From Cyanobacteria bacterium auto_48_18 (GTDB lineage Bacteria; Cyanobacteriota; Vampirovibrionia; Obscuribacterales; Obscuribacteraceae): a stretch of DNA of 64,000 nt. The position numbers and the translations under genes are program-made. The notes beneath the pieces are model-generated. The model had not been told where the DNA came from. It was given only the letters and a program-made list of their open reading frames with translations, and did no database searches. The stretch covers positions 79,404-143,403 of the forward strand of contig JAVHQC010000026.1 of the NCBI GenBank assembly GCA_036170915.1, written 5' to 3'. Shown here one piece after another: positions 38,165-47,267 of this stretch. How positions within the stretch are numbered: the stretch's first letter is position 1; the number at the start of each line of letters is the position of its first letter.

Positions 38165-38206
38165 AAAAACACCGCCGCAGATTTATCTGGGTGGTGTTTT
38201 TATTTT
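38165..38206. terminator. Bidirectional intrinsic terminator
   Basis: aaaaacaccgcc...ggtggtgttttt stem flanked by an A-tract and a T-tract; follows the stop of the minus-strand PDZ gene. Confidence 0.8.
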
Positions 38207-38227
38207 GAGCATTTACTGGGCGCACCA

Positions 38228-39154
38228 CTAGTGGTGTCGTTTCTCTAGGGGCGTATAGCTGTCGTTACGCTCTTCCAGCTCGGGTATCATTGTCGCTGGT
38301 GAACTATACAGGTCTGCAATAGGTTGCTTTGCTTGCTCGAGCATGGTGGCAATGCTTGCCTTTAGTTGCTCTTCACTCATGGCCCCGCGGTTGACATTGG
38401 TGCTGGGAATTATGCCGCGATTGCCGGGGATAAAAATATAAACCGGTTTGCTCTGCACTCGAAAATGATGAGCAAGATCGGCATACTTTGGGTCTCCCAC
38501 TGCGCTACTAATCAGTGAAATTGCTTTGAGTTCTGATTTGTCTTCGGCAGATTTACTACTGTGATCACTGATATACGCTTTTAGCGTCTCATTCGGTCCG
38601 GCCTCGCGATCAAAAAATTCGATCACTAGTGGTGCACTATGTAATTTGTGCAAAATTAAACTGGTGTACGAAAAATCGTTTTCTTTGGCCATGGCATCGC
38701 GTCGCAATAAAAAATCATGACGATTAAGACGACTCTGGGCTAGCAGATATTTGGTATCAGCTTCTTTGGGTAACTCAGATATTTTGGTGCGCATCAAATT
38801 GCGATAATTGACGACATTATCAACATGTGATTTTACCGCCACCAGCACAGCCGAATCTGGCGGGCCGCAAAGGTCTTGGTTGATTTCAAAATCTCCCATC
38901 ATTGATGCATTGCGAGCGTCGATGGAAATTATCTGATCGTCTTTTTGAATGCCTGCTAAAAGGGCCGGCGATTCTTCCATGACGCGAGTAATTACAGGAT
39001 ATTCTTGGTCAAGAAAAGCAAACTGCAGCCCAACTACACCAACGCTTGGAATTTCTACTTTCGCTTCTTCCGGTTTGCTCAAAAGCAGTGGCAGCACCAC
39101 TACCGTTACGGAAAGAAGCGCTAGAACAATAACAATCACCAGGCCTGGCCGCAC
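38228..39154 (-). CDS. Membrane-anchored PDZ protein with thioredoxin-like C-terminal region (no CxxC)
   Basis: N-terminal TM; GVVGLQF...SPALLAGIQKDDQIISIDA; PLVIEFFD...LAHHFRVQSKPVYIFI. Confidence 0.7.
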   Translation of the reverse strand: MRPGLVIVIVLALLSVTVVVLPLLLSKPEEAKVEIPSVGVVGLQFAFLDQEYPVITRVMEESPALLAGIQKDDQIISIDARNASMMGDFEINQDLCGPPDSAVLVAVKSHVDNVVNYRNLMRTKISELPKEADTKYLLAQSRLNRHDFLLRRDAMAKENDFSYTSLILHKLHSAPLVIEFFDREAGPNETLKAYISDHSSKSAEDKSELKAISLISSAVGDPKYADLAHHFRVQSKPVYIFIPGNRGIIPSTNVNRGAMSEEQLKASIATMLEQAKQPIADLYSSPATMIPELEERNDSYTPLEKRHH

Positions 39155-39336
39155 TAGAAACCTCTCGACACAGCCCTAATGACGTTCCACAGCCTCTGTC
39201 AGTTCAAACATATAACTTGCAATATGCGCAAAATGGCTTTAATACTTGATTTTATCTATATTGGGGAACAAATAGCCCTTTTACTCGCCTCTAGCCATGC
39301 GCGTGCCTTGAGCATGCGCGTAAAAAGGAGCCTATT

Positions 39337-39873
39337 ATGAACGACAAAATTGATCATCGGCACCCGCAGATAATAGGGCATTATCTCGAAGCCGGATCTT
39401 TGGCAATCGTACCGGAGCGTCTTCGCCAACTGGCTGAACACGAGCATCCGCAGGTTAGAGCTAGAGTAGCTGAAAATCCTAATACTGAGAAAGATCTTTT
39501 GCTCAGACTGGCTGGTGACAGCGATTGTGATGTGCGCTGCGCCGCTGCCAGCCACACAGGCAGACACATGGAAGTTTTAGAGCTGCTGATGAGAGACGAA
39601 AATCCAACCGTGCGTTTTGTGCTGGCAGAAGATGCTAACTGCCCCGAAGAAATTCTCGAAGCCTTACTTTATGACAGCAATCCTTATGTGTGCGACAGAG
39701 CCAATCGCACAATTAAGAGGCTGAGAACTGCGGGTTTTGGCAGAAACATGTCTGCAGCGGCACCAGGGTTTCCTGCGCGAGCGACGATTAACCCAACAGC
39801 ACCTAATATGCCTGACGCACCATATATTCCAAAACGCTCATTTAAAAAAGAAAATAGACGGGCGATCGGTTAG
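39337..39873 (+). CDS. HEAT/LRV-like repeat protein
   Basis: LAEHEHPQVRARVAENPNT, LAGDSDCDVRCAAA and LMRDENPTVRFVLA repeats; SD aaggag. Confidence 0.8.
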   Translation: MNDKIDHRHPQIIGHYLEAGSLAIVPERLRQLAEHEHPQVRARVAENPNTEKDLLLRLAGDSDCDVRCAAASHTGRHMEVLELLMRDENPTVRFVLAEDANCPEEILEALLYDSNPYVCDRANRTIKRLRTAGFGRNMSAAAPGFPARATINPTAPNMPDAPYIPKRSFKKENRRAIG

Positions 39874-39949
39874 GAGTAAAACTTTCGAGCACTTGGTATA
39901 ACTGCACGGTACATAATCGTGTCGTGTTCTTGCACAAGTGGAGTTACCA

Positions 39950-40267
39950 ATGTCTCTCTTCAAACTATTGAATAATATTCCAGCCTCAACGTGCCTGGCT
40001 GCCGTGATCATCAGCATCAGTTCCACCCTGACATTGGCAGCTCAGGCTGATGATGGCAGTTTGACCAAAAGAGCCACCATTAACTGCGAAAAAGCTGAAA
40101 GTATTGCTCTTGAAAAATATGCCGGCGCTACAGTGAAAGAAATTAAACTGGACGGTGACGATCTGCCTCTAGTCTGGGATATTGAACTCAGACAAGATAA
40201 ATGGCATATACATATGGAAATTGATGCTAAATCTGGTGATATCGTCCGAAACGATAAACACAAATAG
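39950..40267 (+). CDS. Exported PepSY-domain protein
   Basis: Signal peptide; INCEKAESIALEKY.GATVKEIKLD...WDIEL...IDAKSGDIV. Confidence 0.8.
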   Translation: MSLFKLLNNIPASTCLAAVIISISSTLTLAAQADDGSLTKRATINCEKAESIALEKYAGATVKEIKLDGDDLPLVWDIELRQDKWHIHMEIDAKSGDIVRNDKHK

Positions 40268-40378
40268 ATTTAACCGTGGCGCTTAAACACTTATTTCAAT
40301 CGGTGTAAAAGAGCTTTTTTGCTCAGCCGATTTTAGCTATGCTTAGGGAGTAATTTCTGATTTTCCCGGGGCAGGCTT

Positions 40379-41620
40379 ATGCGCATCCGGCTCATCCATT
40401 CGAGCCTATGTTTGATCGCTATAATCATTGTTAGTACCGGTGTTAGTACCGGTGTTAGTACCGGTGTTAGTACCGGTGTGAGTTCCGGTGTCAATGCCGG
40501 GGCGGCCATGGCAAACGATATCAGCCGCCCAATTTTGCTAGATGCACCCAAGAAGCAAGGACAAACCGAAGCTGAGCGTCAGCACAGCGCCTGGCAAAAT
40601 ACCACCCAGACCGGGCAACAAGCACTGGCAGTGGGAGATTTGGTTGGCGCCCAGAGCGCATTTCGAGAGGCTCTTGATGCGGCAGAAAAATTTGGCCGCA
40701 AAGATTCGCGAGTAGCAGTCAGTCAAAGCAACCTTGGTCAGCTGTATAAAGCTCAGGGTAATTTTGAATTGGCTGAAAAAGCTTCGCGAAAATCTCTCGA
40801 ATTGATTCGCGAAAATGGCTTGAAAGACAACTTTGGTTTCGCAGTCGAGCTGAGCAATCTGGCTGGAATATTGAAAGATCAAGGCAAATATGGCGAAGCG
40901 AAGCCACTGTATGAGGGCGCTCTGGCGATTTTGACCGAAGTGCGCGGTGCCGAGTCGGTAGAAGTGGCCACTGTTTACGACAATTTAGCAGTGCTTTATC
41001 AGAAACAGGGTGACTACAAAGCGGCTGTGGCAGTGCAACTCAAGGCCACTGCCATTTACGAAAAAAAGTTAGGAGCCGATAACGCTGATCTGGCCATTGG
41101 ACTGGGCAATCTGGCCGAAAGCTATCGGGAGCTAAATCAGGGAATTAAGGCCCAACCTTTATATGAACGCTCTCTTGCGATCATGCGCAAGAACTATGGC
41201 GAGCGACATCCGGCTGTAGCCACCGCACTGGATAACCTGGCCGGTTTCTATGTCAAAGAAGGCAAGCTCAAAGAAGCTGAAGACCTGCAACTAAAGGCAC
41301 TCGAGACCTTCCGCGAAACGCTCGGTGGTAGGCATCCTGACGTGGCAATTTGTCTAGATAATCTTGCTGATCTGTATACGCGCCAGGGTAAAACTGAACT
41401 GGCCCTGGAGAAAAGTGCAGAGTCTTTTGAAATTGCTGAAAAAACTTTGGGCAAAGAACACCCGCTCTCAGTGGGTATTAAGCACCGCATGGAAGACCTG
41501 AAGATGCAGGATCTAAAACAGCAAGATCTGAAGTCGAAAGATTTGAAGACAAAAGATCTGAAGACAGAAGATCTGAAAATGCAAGAAACAGAAAAGCAAG
41601 AAGCTCAATCAAAAATCTGA
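40379..41620 (+). CDS. Exported TPR protein (42-aa kinesin-light-chain-like repeats)
   Basis: VAVSQSNLGQLY, VATVYDNLAVLY and HPAVATALDNLAGFY repeats. Confidence 0.88.
   Translation: MRIRLIHSSLCLIAIIIVSTGVSTGVSTGVSTGVSSGVNAGAAMANDISRPILLDAPKKQGQTEAERQHSAWQNTTQTGQQALAVGDLVGAQSAFREALDAAEKFGRKDSRVAVSQSNLGQLYKAQGNFELAEKASRKSLELIRENGLKDNFGFAVELSNLAGILKDQGKYGEAKPLYEGALAILTEVRGAESVEVATVYDNLAVLYQKQGDYKAAVAVQLKATAIYEKKLGADNADLAIGLGNLAESYRELNQGIKAQPLYERSLAIMRKNYGERHPAVATALDNLAGFYVKEGKLKEAEDLQLKALETFRETLGGRHPDVAICLDNLADLYTRQGKTELALEKSAESFEIAEKTLGKEHPLSVGIKHRMEDLKMQDLKQQDLKSKDLKTKDLKTEDLKMQETEKQEAQSKI
40429..40500 (+). repeat. 12-bp tandem repeat tgttagtaccgg, 4 perfect plus 2 degenerate copies (VSTG), in the signal region
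   Basis: Units at 40429, 40441, 40453 and 40465; degenerate units at 40477 and 40489. Confidence 0.95.
41492..41581 (+). repeat. 15-bp coding repeat (xDLKx), 6 copies at the C-terminus
   Basis: EDLKM QDLKQ QDLKS KDLKT KDLKT EDLKM. Confidence 0.9.
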
Positions 41621-41626
41621 AGTGAT

Positions 41627-41869
41627 TTAGTTCAGGTCACCGTAAGGCGGCAAGCGCAACTCTAAATTGGAGAGCCAGAGCAGAAGCTCCAGCTGTCTTT
41701 CACCAAATACGTTGCTATTCACTGATTCATTTTGTAGTTCTTCAATCTGGCTATATGCCGCAGCTGATGCAGCAGCGGCTGACACAGCAGTTTGCAGCGA
41801 ATTCAGAGCCTGTGCATGCCCCGGCTTCGAATACATACCACCATTGCCATTAAAAGCAAATTCCGACAC
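41627..41869 (-). CDS. Small hypothetical protein
   Basis: 80-aa ORF, GTG start after SD gaggag. Confidence 0.5.
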   Translation of the reverse strand: MSEFAFNGNGGMYSKPGHAQALNSLQTAVSAAAASAAAYSQIEELQNESVNSNVFGERQLELLLWLSNLELRLPPYGDLN

Positions 41870-42020
41870 CAGTCACTCCTCAGTAGATCTGTTGGCCAGA
41901 TAACAATGACAGCTTAGCTCTTGTGAACCAGAATTTCATGTAGCCTGTCTCATAGCCACATGAAGTTTTTTTCGAGAAAGGCTCAAATTGGCTGTAAGCA
42001 TCCCAGGCGCGCAATTTTGC

Positions 42021-42614
42021 TTAAGGGAGCGGGCTCACTTGTGTTGCTAGATGATTAAGGAAGCGCTGCCAGGCCTGACCACGGTGCGAAAGGCTGTTTT
42101 TCACCGCAGGCTCTAGTTGGGCGGCGGTTTGACTGCCACCCAGGGGCACAAAAAGCGGGTCAAAACCAAAACCGTTGGCACCATGCTCTTCTGTACTGAG
42201 CGTGCCCTGCCATCTTTCTTCGCAGGTGAAAAGCACTTCACCTTCGCTGTCTACCAGGGCAATGGCACACACAAATGCTGCTTGTCTTTGTGGTGCTGGT
42301 ACATCTTTTAATTCCAACAACAATTTTTTGCGGCGGTCGCCGTCTGTGCCCTCGGCGTATCTGGCCGAATGAATTCCCGGCCGGCCGTTCATGGCTTCCA
42401 CAGCCAGGCCAGAGTCGTCGGCAATGGCCGGTAAGTGACAGAGCGCGGCAGCGGCTCGGGCCTTTATCAAGGCGTTTTCGATAAAAGTGGTGCCGGTTTC
42501 TTCTGGGTTGAAATCTGGTGGTGCCAAGATCAAATCTAGATCAGGCGCCTGTTGGCTAAGCGCTTTAAATTCCGCTAGCTTACCGGGATTGCTGGTGGCT
42601 AGCACAATTTTCAT
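42021..42614 (-). CDS. rdgB: RdgB/HAM1 non-canonical purine NTP pyrophosphatase
   Basis: ATSNPGK, EETGTTFIENALIKA, ADDSGL, PGIHSAR, GFGFDPLF, SHRGQA. Confidence 0.95.
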   Translation of the reverse strand: MKIVLATSNPGKLAEFKALSQQAPDLDLILAPPDFNPEETGTTFIENALIKARAAAALCHLPAIADDSGLAVEAMNGRPGIHSARYAEGTDGDRRKKLLLELKDVPAPQRQAAFVCAIALVDSEGEVLFTCEERWQGTLSTEEHGANGFGFDPLFVPLGGSQTAAQLEPAVKNSLSHRGQAWQRFLNHLATQVSPLP

Positions 42615-42617
42615 CTT

Positions 42618-45029
42618 CTATTTGTCCTTCTTCTTTTTATTGGCACTAGCGCTCGCTTTAGGCCTGGCTGCGGCAGCTTTTTTAGTACCATTGCTGCTGC
42701 TTGAATTACCGTTGCCATTGCTACTGCCAGAGCCGTTGCTATTTTTGTTCGCTGCTTTCAGGCTGTCTTTAGGATTAGCATTGGCTTTGATGCTTTTGAT
42801 GCCGTTCACTCGTGGAAGCGGAGTGGCGCCAGGAACGCGTTTGCGGTGGTCTTTGCGGTGCACGCGAATGACGTCTGAAATTTGTGAAATGGCTTGTGAT
42901 ACTCGGGCCAGTTGCTCGATGTCTAACACGTCGAGAATCAAGAAGATGGTGGCAGTTTTCTTGTCGCGGTGAGTATCAACGCGCAGGTCGCGTAGATTGA
43001 CTTTGTGATCAGAAACTTTTTTCAAGATATCGCCGGCGATACCAACTCTGTCGAGGCACTCAACTTGCAAACCTGCCGGATACTGAGTGTTGCGCTCCAT
43101 CGACCAGTCAACAGCCATACGCCTGCCTTCTTCGATTTTAGCAAGCATATTGCAGTCGGCTCTGTGCACAGCAATGCCGCTGCCACGAGAAACTACCCCG
43201 GCAATTTCTTCGCCAGGTACTGGTTGGCAGCATTTAGCCAGGTGGTGCAGAAGACCTCCGAGACTAGAGATGTTGCTTGGTTTATCAGGCACCATTTGTG
43301 GAATGGTGTAGCCTTTAAGAGCAAGTTTTTCAGCATTGTCGACTTCGCGAATGCGATTGACTACCTGTGCCACCGAGAGGTCGCCGTAACCAACTGCTGC
43401 AAGAATATCTTGGGGATCAGAAATGTTGAGCCGCCTGCCGGCCTCTTTTAGCTTATCTGATTTGAGAAACTCATCTAGATTGCCTTTACCCAATTCAGCT
43501 TCAAGCATCTGCCGGCCTTGCTGAATGTGTTCTTCTCTGTGGTGCTTCTTAAACCACTGACGAATGCGGTTTTTGGCACCATGAGTTTTAGCAAAATTGA
43601 GCCAGTCCATTTTGGGCTGACCGTTTTTGCTGGTGAGAATTTCGACGATGTCGCCGTTTTTCATAATAGTGTTCAGTGGCACAATGCGTTCGTTGATGCG
43701 GGCTCCCACACAGCGGTGGCCAACATCGGTGTGCACACGATAAGCGAAATCGATAGGGCACGAGCCGTTAGGAAGATCGAGCACGTCACCGCGCGGACTG
43801 AAAACAAATACTTCGTCGGCGAAGAGATCCATCTTCACTTCTTCGATGTATTCACCTGAGTCTTTAAGATCTTGCTGCCAATCAACCAGCTGTCTCAACC
43901 AGGCTAATTTTTTATCGGTGGAGCCGTCAGCTTTGACTGCTTCACCAGCTTCTTTGTAGGCCCAGTGAGCGGCGATACCATATTCGGCAATATGGTGCAT
44001 ACGCTTAGTGCGTATTTGAATTTCTACAGGTTTGCCTTTAGGGCCAATCACAGCTGTGTGCAAAGACTGGTAGCTGTTGAATTTAGGCATGGCAATATAA
44101 TCTTTAAAGCGGCCTGGAATCGGCTTAAAGATTGAATGCACCGTACCCATTACTTCGTAACACTTTTGCGTATCAGGATCAGATTCTAATTCGCAGAAAT
44201 TTTTATCAGGATTGCTGTCGATGATAACCCGCACTGCCAGTACATCGTAGAGTTCTTGAAAGGCCTTTTGCTGACTTTTCATTTTGCGCCAGATACCAAA
44301 AAAGTGTTTTGGTCTGCCGATGATGTCTGCCTGAATACCGCGACTTTCGAGGTCAGCGCGCAGCTTGTCGACTACCTGCGCTAAATGCTCAGCGCGATCT
44401 TCACGACTGTCTTCTACCAGACGTTCTATTTCTAAATATTCGTCCTGGTGTAAATAGCGCAGCCCGAGGTCTTCTAGCTCCCATTTCATCTTACCTAAAC
44501 CGAAACGGTTGGCTAGAGGAGCAAAAATTTCTAGAGTTTCTTTGGCTTTTTCCGCTTGTTTATGCGGTGCCATATGTTCCATGGTGCGCATGTTGTGCAG
44601 TCGGTCAGCCAGTTTTACCAGCACCACACGTACATCTTCGGCCATTGCCACGAGTAACTTGCGGAAATTTTCGGCTTGCCGCTCTTCTTTAGAGCTGAAG
44701 CTGAATTTTCCCAGTTTGGTGACACCTTCGACAATTCTTCTGGTGTCGACGCCGAATCGATCTTCTATTTCTTTTGGCTTTACATCACAGTCTTCGAGCA
44801 CGTCGTGCAGCAAGCAAGAAGAAACAGTGTCAATGTCGGCATTAATGTCAGCCAGTATGCAGGCCACTTCTACCGGGTGAATGATATAAGGGTCGTCAGA
44901 TTTGCGCATTTGCCCGTCGTGGGCAGCATAGGCAAAGTCGTAAGCTTTATGAGCAATCGCGATCTCTTCTGCCGGACGACCCTGTCTTTCTAAAATGTCA
45001 AATAAGGGCTGACCGATCTGATCTTTCAT
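42618..45029 (-). CDS. spoT: Bifunctional (p)ppGpp synthetase/hydrolase (long RSH; HD, SYNTH, TGS, ACT)
   Basis: HDVLED, VKLADRLHNMRT, RFKDY, YQSLHT, AEYGIAAHWAYK, DFAYRVHT, AKCCQPVPG. Confidence 0.95.
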   Translation of the reverse strand: MKDQIGQPLFDILERQGRPAEEIAIAHKAYDFAYAAHDGQMRKSDDPYIIHPVEVACILADINADIDTVSSCLLHDVLEDCDVKPKEIEDRFGVDTRRIVEGVTKLGKFSFSSKEERQAENFRKLLVAMAEDVRVVLVKLADRLHNMRTMEHMAPHKQAEKAKETLEIFAPLANRFGLGKMKWELEDLGLRYLHQDEYLEIERLVEDSREDRAEHLAQVVDKLRADLESRGIQADIIGRPKHFFGIWRKMKSQQKAFQELYDVLAVRVIIDSNPDKNFCELESDPDTQKCYEVMGTVHSIFKPIPGRFKDYIAMPKFNSYQSLHTAVIGPKGKPVEIQIRTKRMHHIAEYGIAAHWAYKEAGEAVKADGSTDKKLAWLRQLVDWQQDLKDSGEYIEEVKMDLFADEVFVFSPRGDVLDLPNGSCPIDFAYRVHTDVGHRCVGARINERIVPLNTIMKNGDIVEILTSKNGQPKMDWLNFAKTHGAKNRIRQWFKKHHREEHIQQGRQMLEAELGKGNLDEFLKSDKLKEAGRRLNISDPQDILAAVGYGDLSVAQVVNRIREVDNAEKLALKGYTIPQMVPDKPSNISSLGGLLHHLAKCCQPVPGEEIAGVVSRGSGIAVHRADCNMLAKIEEGRRMAVDWSMERNTQYPAGLQVECLDRVGIAGDILKKVSDHKVNLRDLRVDTHRDKKTATIFLILDVLDIEQLARVSQAISQISDVIRVHRKDHRKRVPGATPLPRVNGIKSIKANANPKDSLKAANKNSNGSGSSNGNGNSSSSNGTKKAAAARPKASASANKKKKDK

Positions 45030-45187
45030 CGCTTCTGCTTATAGGGGTGAATATTAATTATACCCAGCGTGTCAAGCCCTAGCCGCCTGTGTGATGCTCC
45101 TGCGGCCACTTGTAACGGATCAAGAGATTAATGATCGGCTCAAACCACTCGGGCAGCCGTTTTGGCGGTTTTCAAGTTGCTTGAACC

Positions 45188-46039
45188 CTATTTGTTGGAC
45201 CAGGGCGTGCTGTTAAGGTCTTTGGGATAAGGACTGGCGGAACCGCCCCAGTAGTTTTTCTGCGGTTTGGTGAAGTCATTGCCGCTGTTGAAGCTGTTTG
45301 GACGCTTGAAGTCGACATAGGCTTTCGGTGTGGCAGCGGGAGCCGGGCTGGTGCTGGTGTAATAATTGCCGGCTGCAGTGGGATCAGGGGTAGGGGCATT
45401 GTAATAACTGCCGGCAGCTTTGCTGGGACCGGCTGGGATAAATGTATAGCCTGGGCTGGCGATGCGATTAATTGGAGAGGAGTATCCATATCCGAAGCCA
45501 GGGTTAAAGCTAGAACCGAAACTAGAACCAAGACCATAACCGGAGCCAAGGCCATAACCGGAACCAAGGCCATAACCGGAGCCGTAACCTGGCCAGTAGC
45601 TCGAACCAAAGGCGCCGTAACCTGATCCAGAGCCAAAGCCCGTGGTACCAATGTATGGAATACGAGGGCGCACCAGGCTGGATAAACTGCCCAAACCCGG
45701 CAGGCCTGGTATTCCAGGAATACCGACACCTGGAATGCCTATGCTAGGAATGCCTATACTAGGAATGCCTACGCGGGGAATAAATCCGCTGCCAGCTCCC
45801 ATAAGTGAAGAGAAACTGGTATAGCCACGCCCGGGCTGGTAGGTGTTGAAAGGCGACTGTCCTTGAATAAGAACTTGGTCGCCAGATAGATTAACTCCGG
45901 GCGAAAGCGGTTCGGCTTGCCCCTGTGCATTTAACGGGTCATTAAAATAGCCTTGACCGTGGGCAGGAGCAATCATAAGAATTATTGCCGCAATGCTCAG
46001 TGAACCCGCGTATAGACCGCGCCATTGCCTTATATTCAA
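45188..46039 (-). CDS. Secreted G/S/P/Y-rich low-complexity protein
   Basis: Signal ending PAHG/Q; GIPSI and GSGYGL repeats; C-terminal NYWG...PYPKDLNSTPW. Confidence 0.7.
   Translation of the reverse strand: MNIRQWRGLYAGSLSIAAIILMIAPAHGQGYFNDPLNAQGQAEPLSPGVNLSGDQVLIQGQSPFNTYQPGRGYTSFSSLMGAGSGFIPRVGIPSIGIPSIGIPGVGIPGIPGLPGLGSLSSLVRPRIPYIGTTGFGSGSGYGAFGSSYWPGYGSGYGLGSGYGLGSGYGLGSSFGSSFNPGFGYGYSSPINRIASPGYTFIPAGPSKAAGSYYNAPTPDPTAAGNYYTSTSPAPAATPKAYVDFKRPNSFNSGNDFTKPQKNYWGGSASPYPKDLNSTPWSNK
45528..45772 (-). repeat. Coding repeats: 18-bp GSGYGL x3 and 15-bp GIPSI x3
   Basis: ccaaggccataaccgga-like and ggaatgcctat-like units on the + strand. Confidence 0.8.
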
Positions 46040-46149
46040 GATCTACCTCATCAGTCGCTGCTTCTATTTTACTACTCTACAGTCAGGGCTTTTAGGGAAC
46101 AGTGCGCCCTTGTCTGCGTCTCTAGATTTACGCAAGCAAGGGGTTCACA

Positions 46150-46770
46150 ATGAAAAGTCATCTATCTATATTAGCGCTGGCTCTCGTTGTAGCTTGCAAT
46201 GGTTTCGGCGAAGCTCAAGCCAAATCGTCCAAGAGCACTGCACGCGGTATCACCTCCCAGTTGAAAGGTTCAGAGATGACTTCAGCCGAAGAAACAGTAG
46301 ATGGTAAAACTTACCACATAGGAAAAATTATAGTTTCAGCTTCACCAGCTGATGTTTTCGCTGTGCTCAGCGATTATCCTAGTGCCACTAAGCTTTTTAC
46401 CAATTTGAAAAAAAGCAAAGTTGTAGCGAGCAATGAAGCGAACCACACCCATGATGTAAGTTTCAGTCTTAAAGGAATGGGCGGTATGTGGAATTTTGAC
46501 TACGTTTTGCGTATGAAAGAGACCGCTCCTTCATTGATCGAGTTTCATCGACTCAGTGGTGCGTTTAAAGCCAACGAGGGTTATTGGAAAATTGAGCCTC
46601 TAGATACTATAGGCAAAAAGACTCTCGTTACCTATGCAAAACACGTTGACGGTGGCATGCTGCCCCAAAGCATAGTCACTAAACAGGTCAAAGAAGCTAT
46701 GCCCACCGTGATGGCCAATCTCAAAGCAGGCGCTGAATCTAGGGCCGTTCATGTTTCGCTGAAACAATAA
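46150..46770 (+). CDS. Exported SRPBCC/START (polyketide-cyclase-like) protein
   Basis: Signal peptide; ASPADVFAVLSDY...SGAFKANEGYWKIEP...TLVTY. Confidence 0.8.
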   Translation: MKSHLSILALALVVACNGFGEAQAKSSKSTARGITSQLKGSEMTSAEETVDGKTYHIGKIIVSASPADVFAVLSDYPSATKLFTNLKKSKVVASNEANHTHDVSFSLKGMGGMWNFDYVLRMKETAPSLIEFHRLSGAFKANEGYWKIEPLDTIGKKTLVTYAKHVDGGMLPQSIVTKQVKEAMPTVMANLKAGAESRAVHVSLKQ

Positions 46771-46793
46771 CTATAGTCGGCTCGACTGTTCTA

Positions 46794-47249
46794 CTAGAAC
46801 GTTTTAGTTCTTGTAGTTACCGCGTTCCATGTATAGACCTGAATTTTCCAGACACCGTCTTCTTGGTACATCACCACATCAAGGGTGCATGGGACATTTC
46901 TGCCAGTCATATCATCAGAGGCAATAGCGGAACCTTTCATTTTGCAGGTCTTGCCGTCCATTACTTCTACCAAGATTTTGGGCTGGTACACATAGCCACG
47001 CTTCATCACTTTGAGTTCAGCAGCTGCTCTGGTGCCCGACATTTCATTCAAGGGAATACGCCTTTGCTTTACCCAGTAGTTAGCCACTGGAGTGAGTTTG
47101 GTAGCGTAATAGAGCGACCTCACATACTGATAAAAAACTCGAGTCGGTTCGGTATCGCAATAAGCCGGAGTGACAGTTGTTAGAAGCAGCAAAGTAAGCG
47201 AGCTAAGTACTAAAAGCAACCTTATCGCAATAGTTTTTGACTGATTCAT
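46794..47249 (-). CDS. Exported hypothetical protein (possible NTF2-like fold)
   Basis: Signal peptide; VMYQEDGVWKI terminal strand. Confidence 0.6.
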   Translation of the reverse strand: MNQSKTIAIRLLLVLSSLTLLLLTTVTPAYCDTEPTRVFYQYVRSLYYATKLTPVANYWVKQRRIPLNEMSGTRAAAELKVMKRGYVYQPKILVEVMDGKTCKMKGSAIASDDMTGRNVPCTLDVVMYQEDGVWKIQVYTWNAVTTRTKTF

Positions 47250-47267
47250 TGTCTGTCCCTTTTATTA

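Larger units (their letters stand above)
37748..38206 (+). ncRNA. Candidate large structured non-coding RNA (unassigned family)
   Basis: Long-range helix 37765-37778/38145-38158 with G-U pairs, helix 37789-37802/37865-37878, several hairpins including a GGAA tetraloop, and a 3' terminator. Confidence 0.55.

Noticed and set aside
37748..38206. Identification as RNase P RNA, tmRNA, SRP RNA, c-di-AMP (ydaO) riboswitch, group II intron or retron msr-msd
   Set aside because: No GAGGAAAGUCC or ACAGAA core (RNase P), no tRNA-like ends (tmRNA) and no GGAAGGAAGCAGC (SRP). Only a GGGGUUAA fragment of ydaO is present. There is no domain V and no reverse transcriptase gene in the window.
45057..45075. 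TTGACA and TATAAT upstream of spoT on the minus strand
   Set aside because: They are only 7 bp apart, so they cannot be one sigma70 promoter. The -10 alone may be real.
45172..45729. Long alternative-frame ORFs (also 6910..7323, 13304..13825, 7772..8263, 36962..37495, 62598..63161)
   Set aside because: Shadow frames of repetitive or well-supported genes, with no independent motifs.
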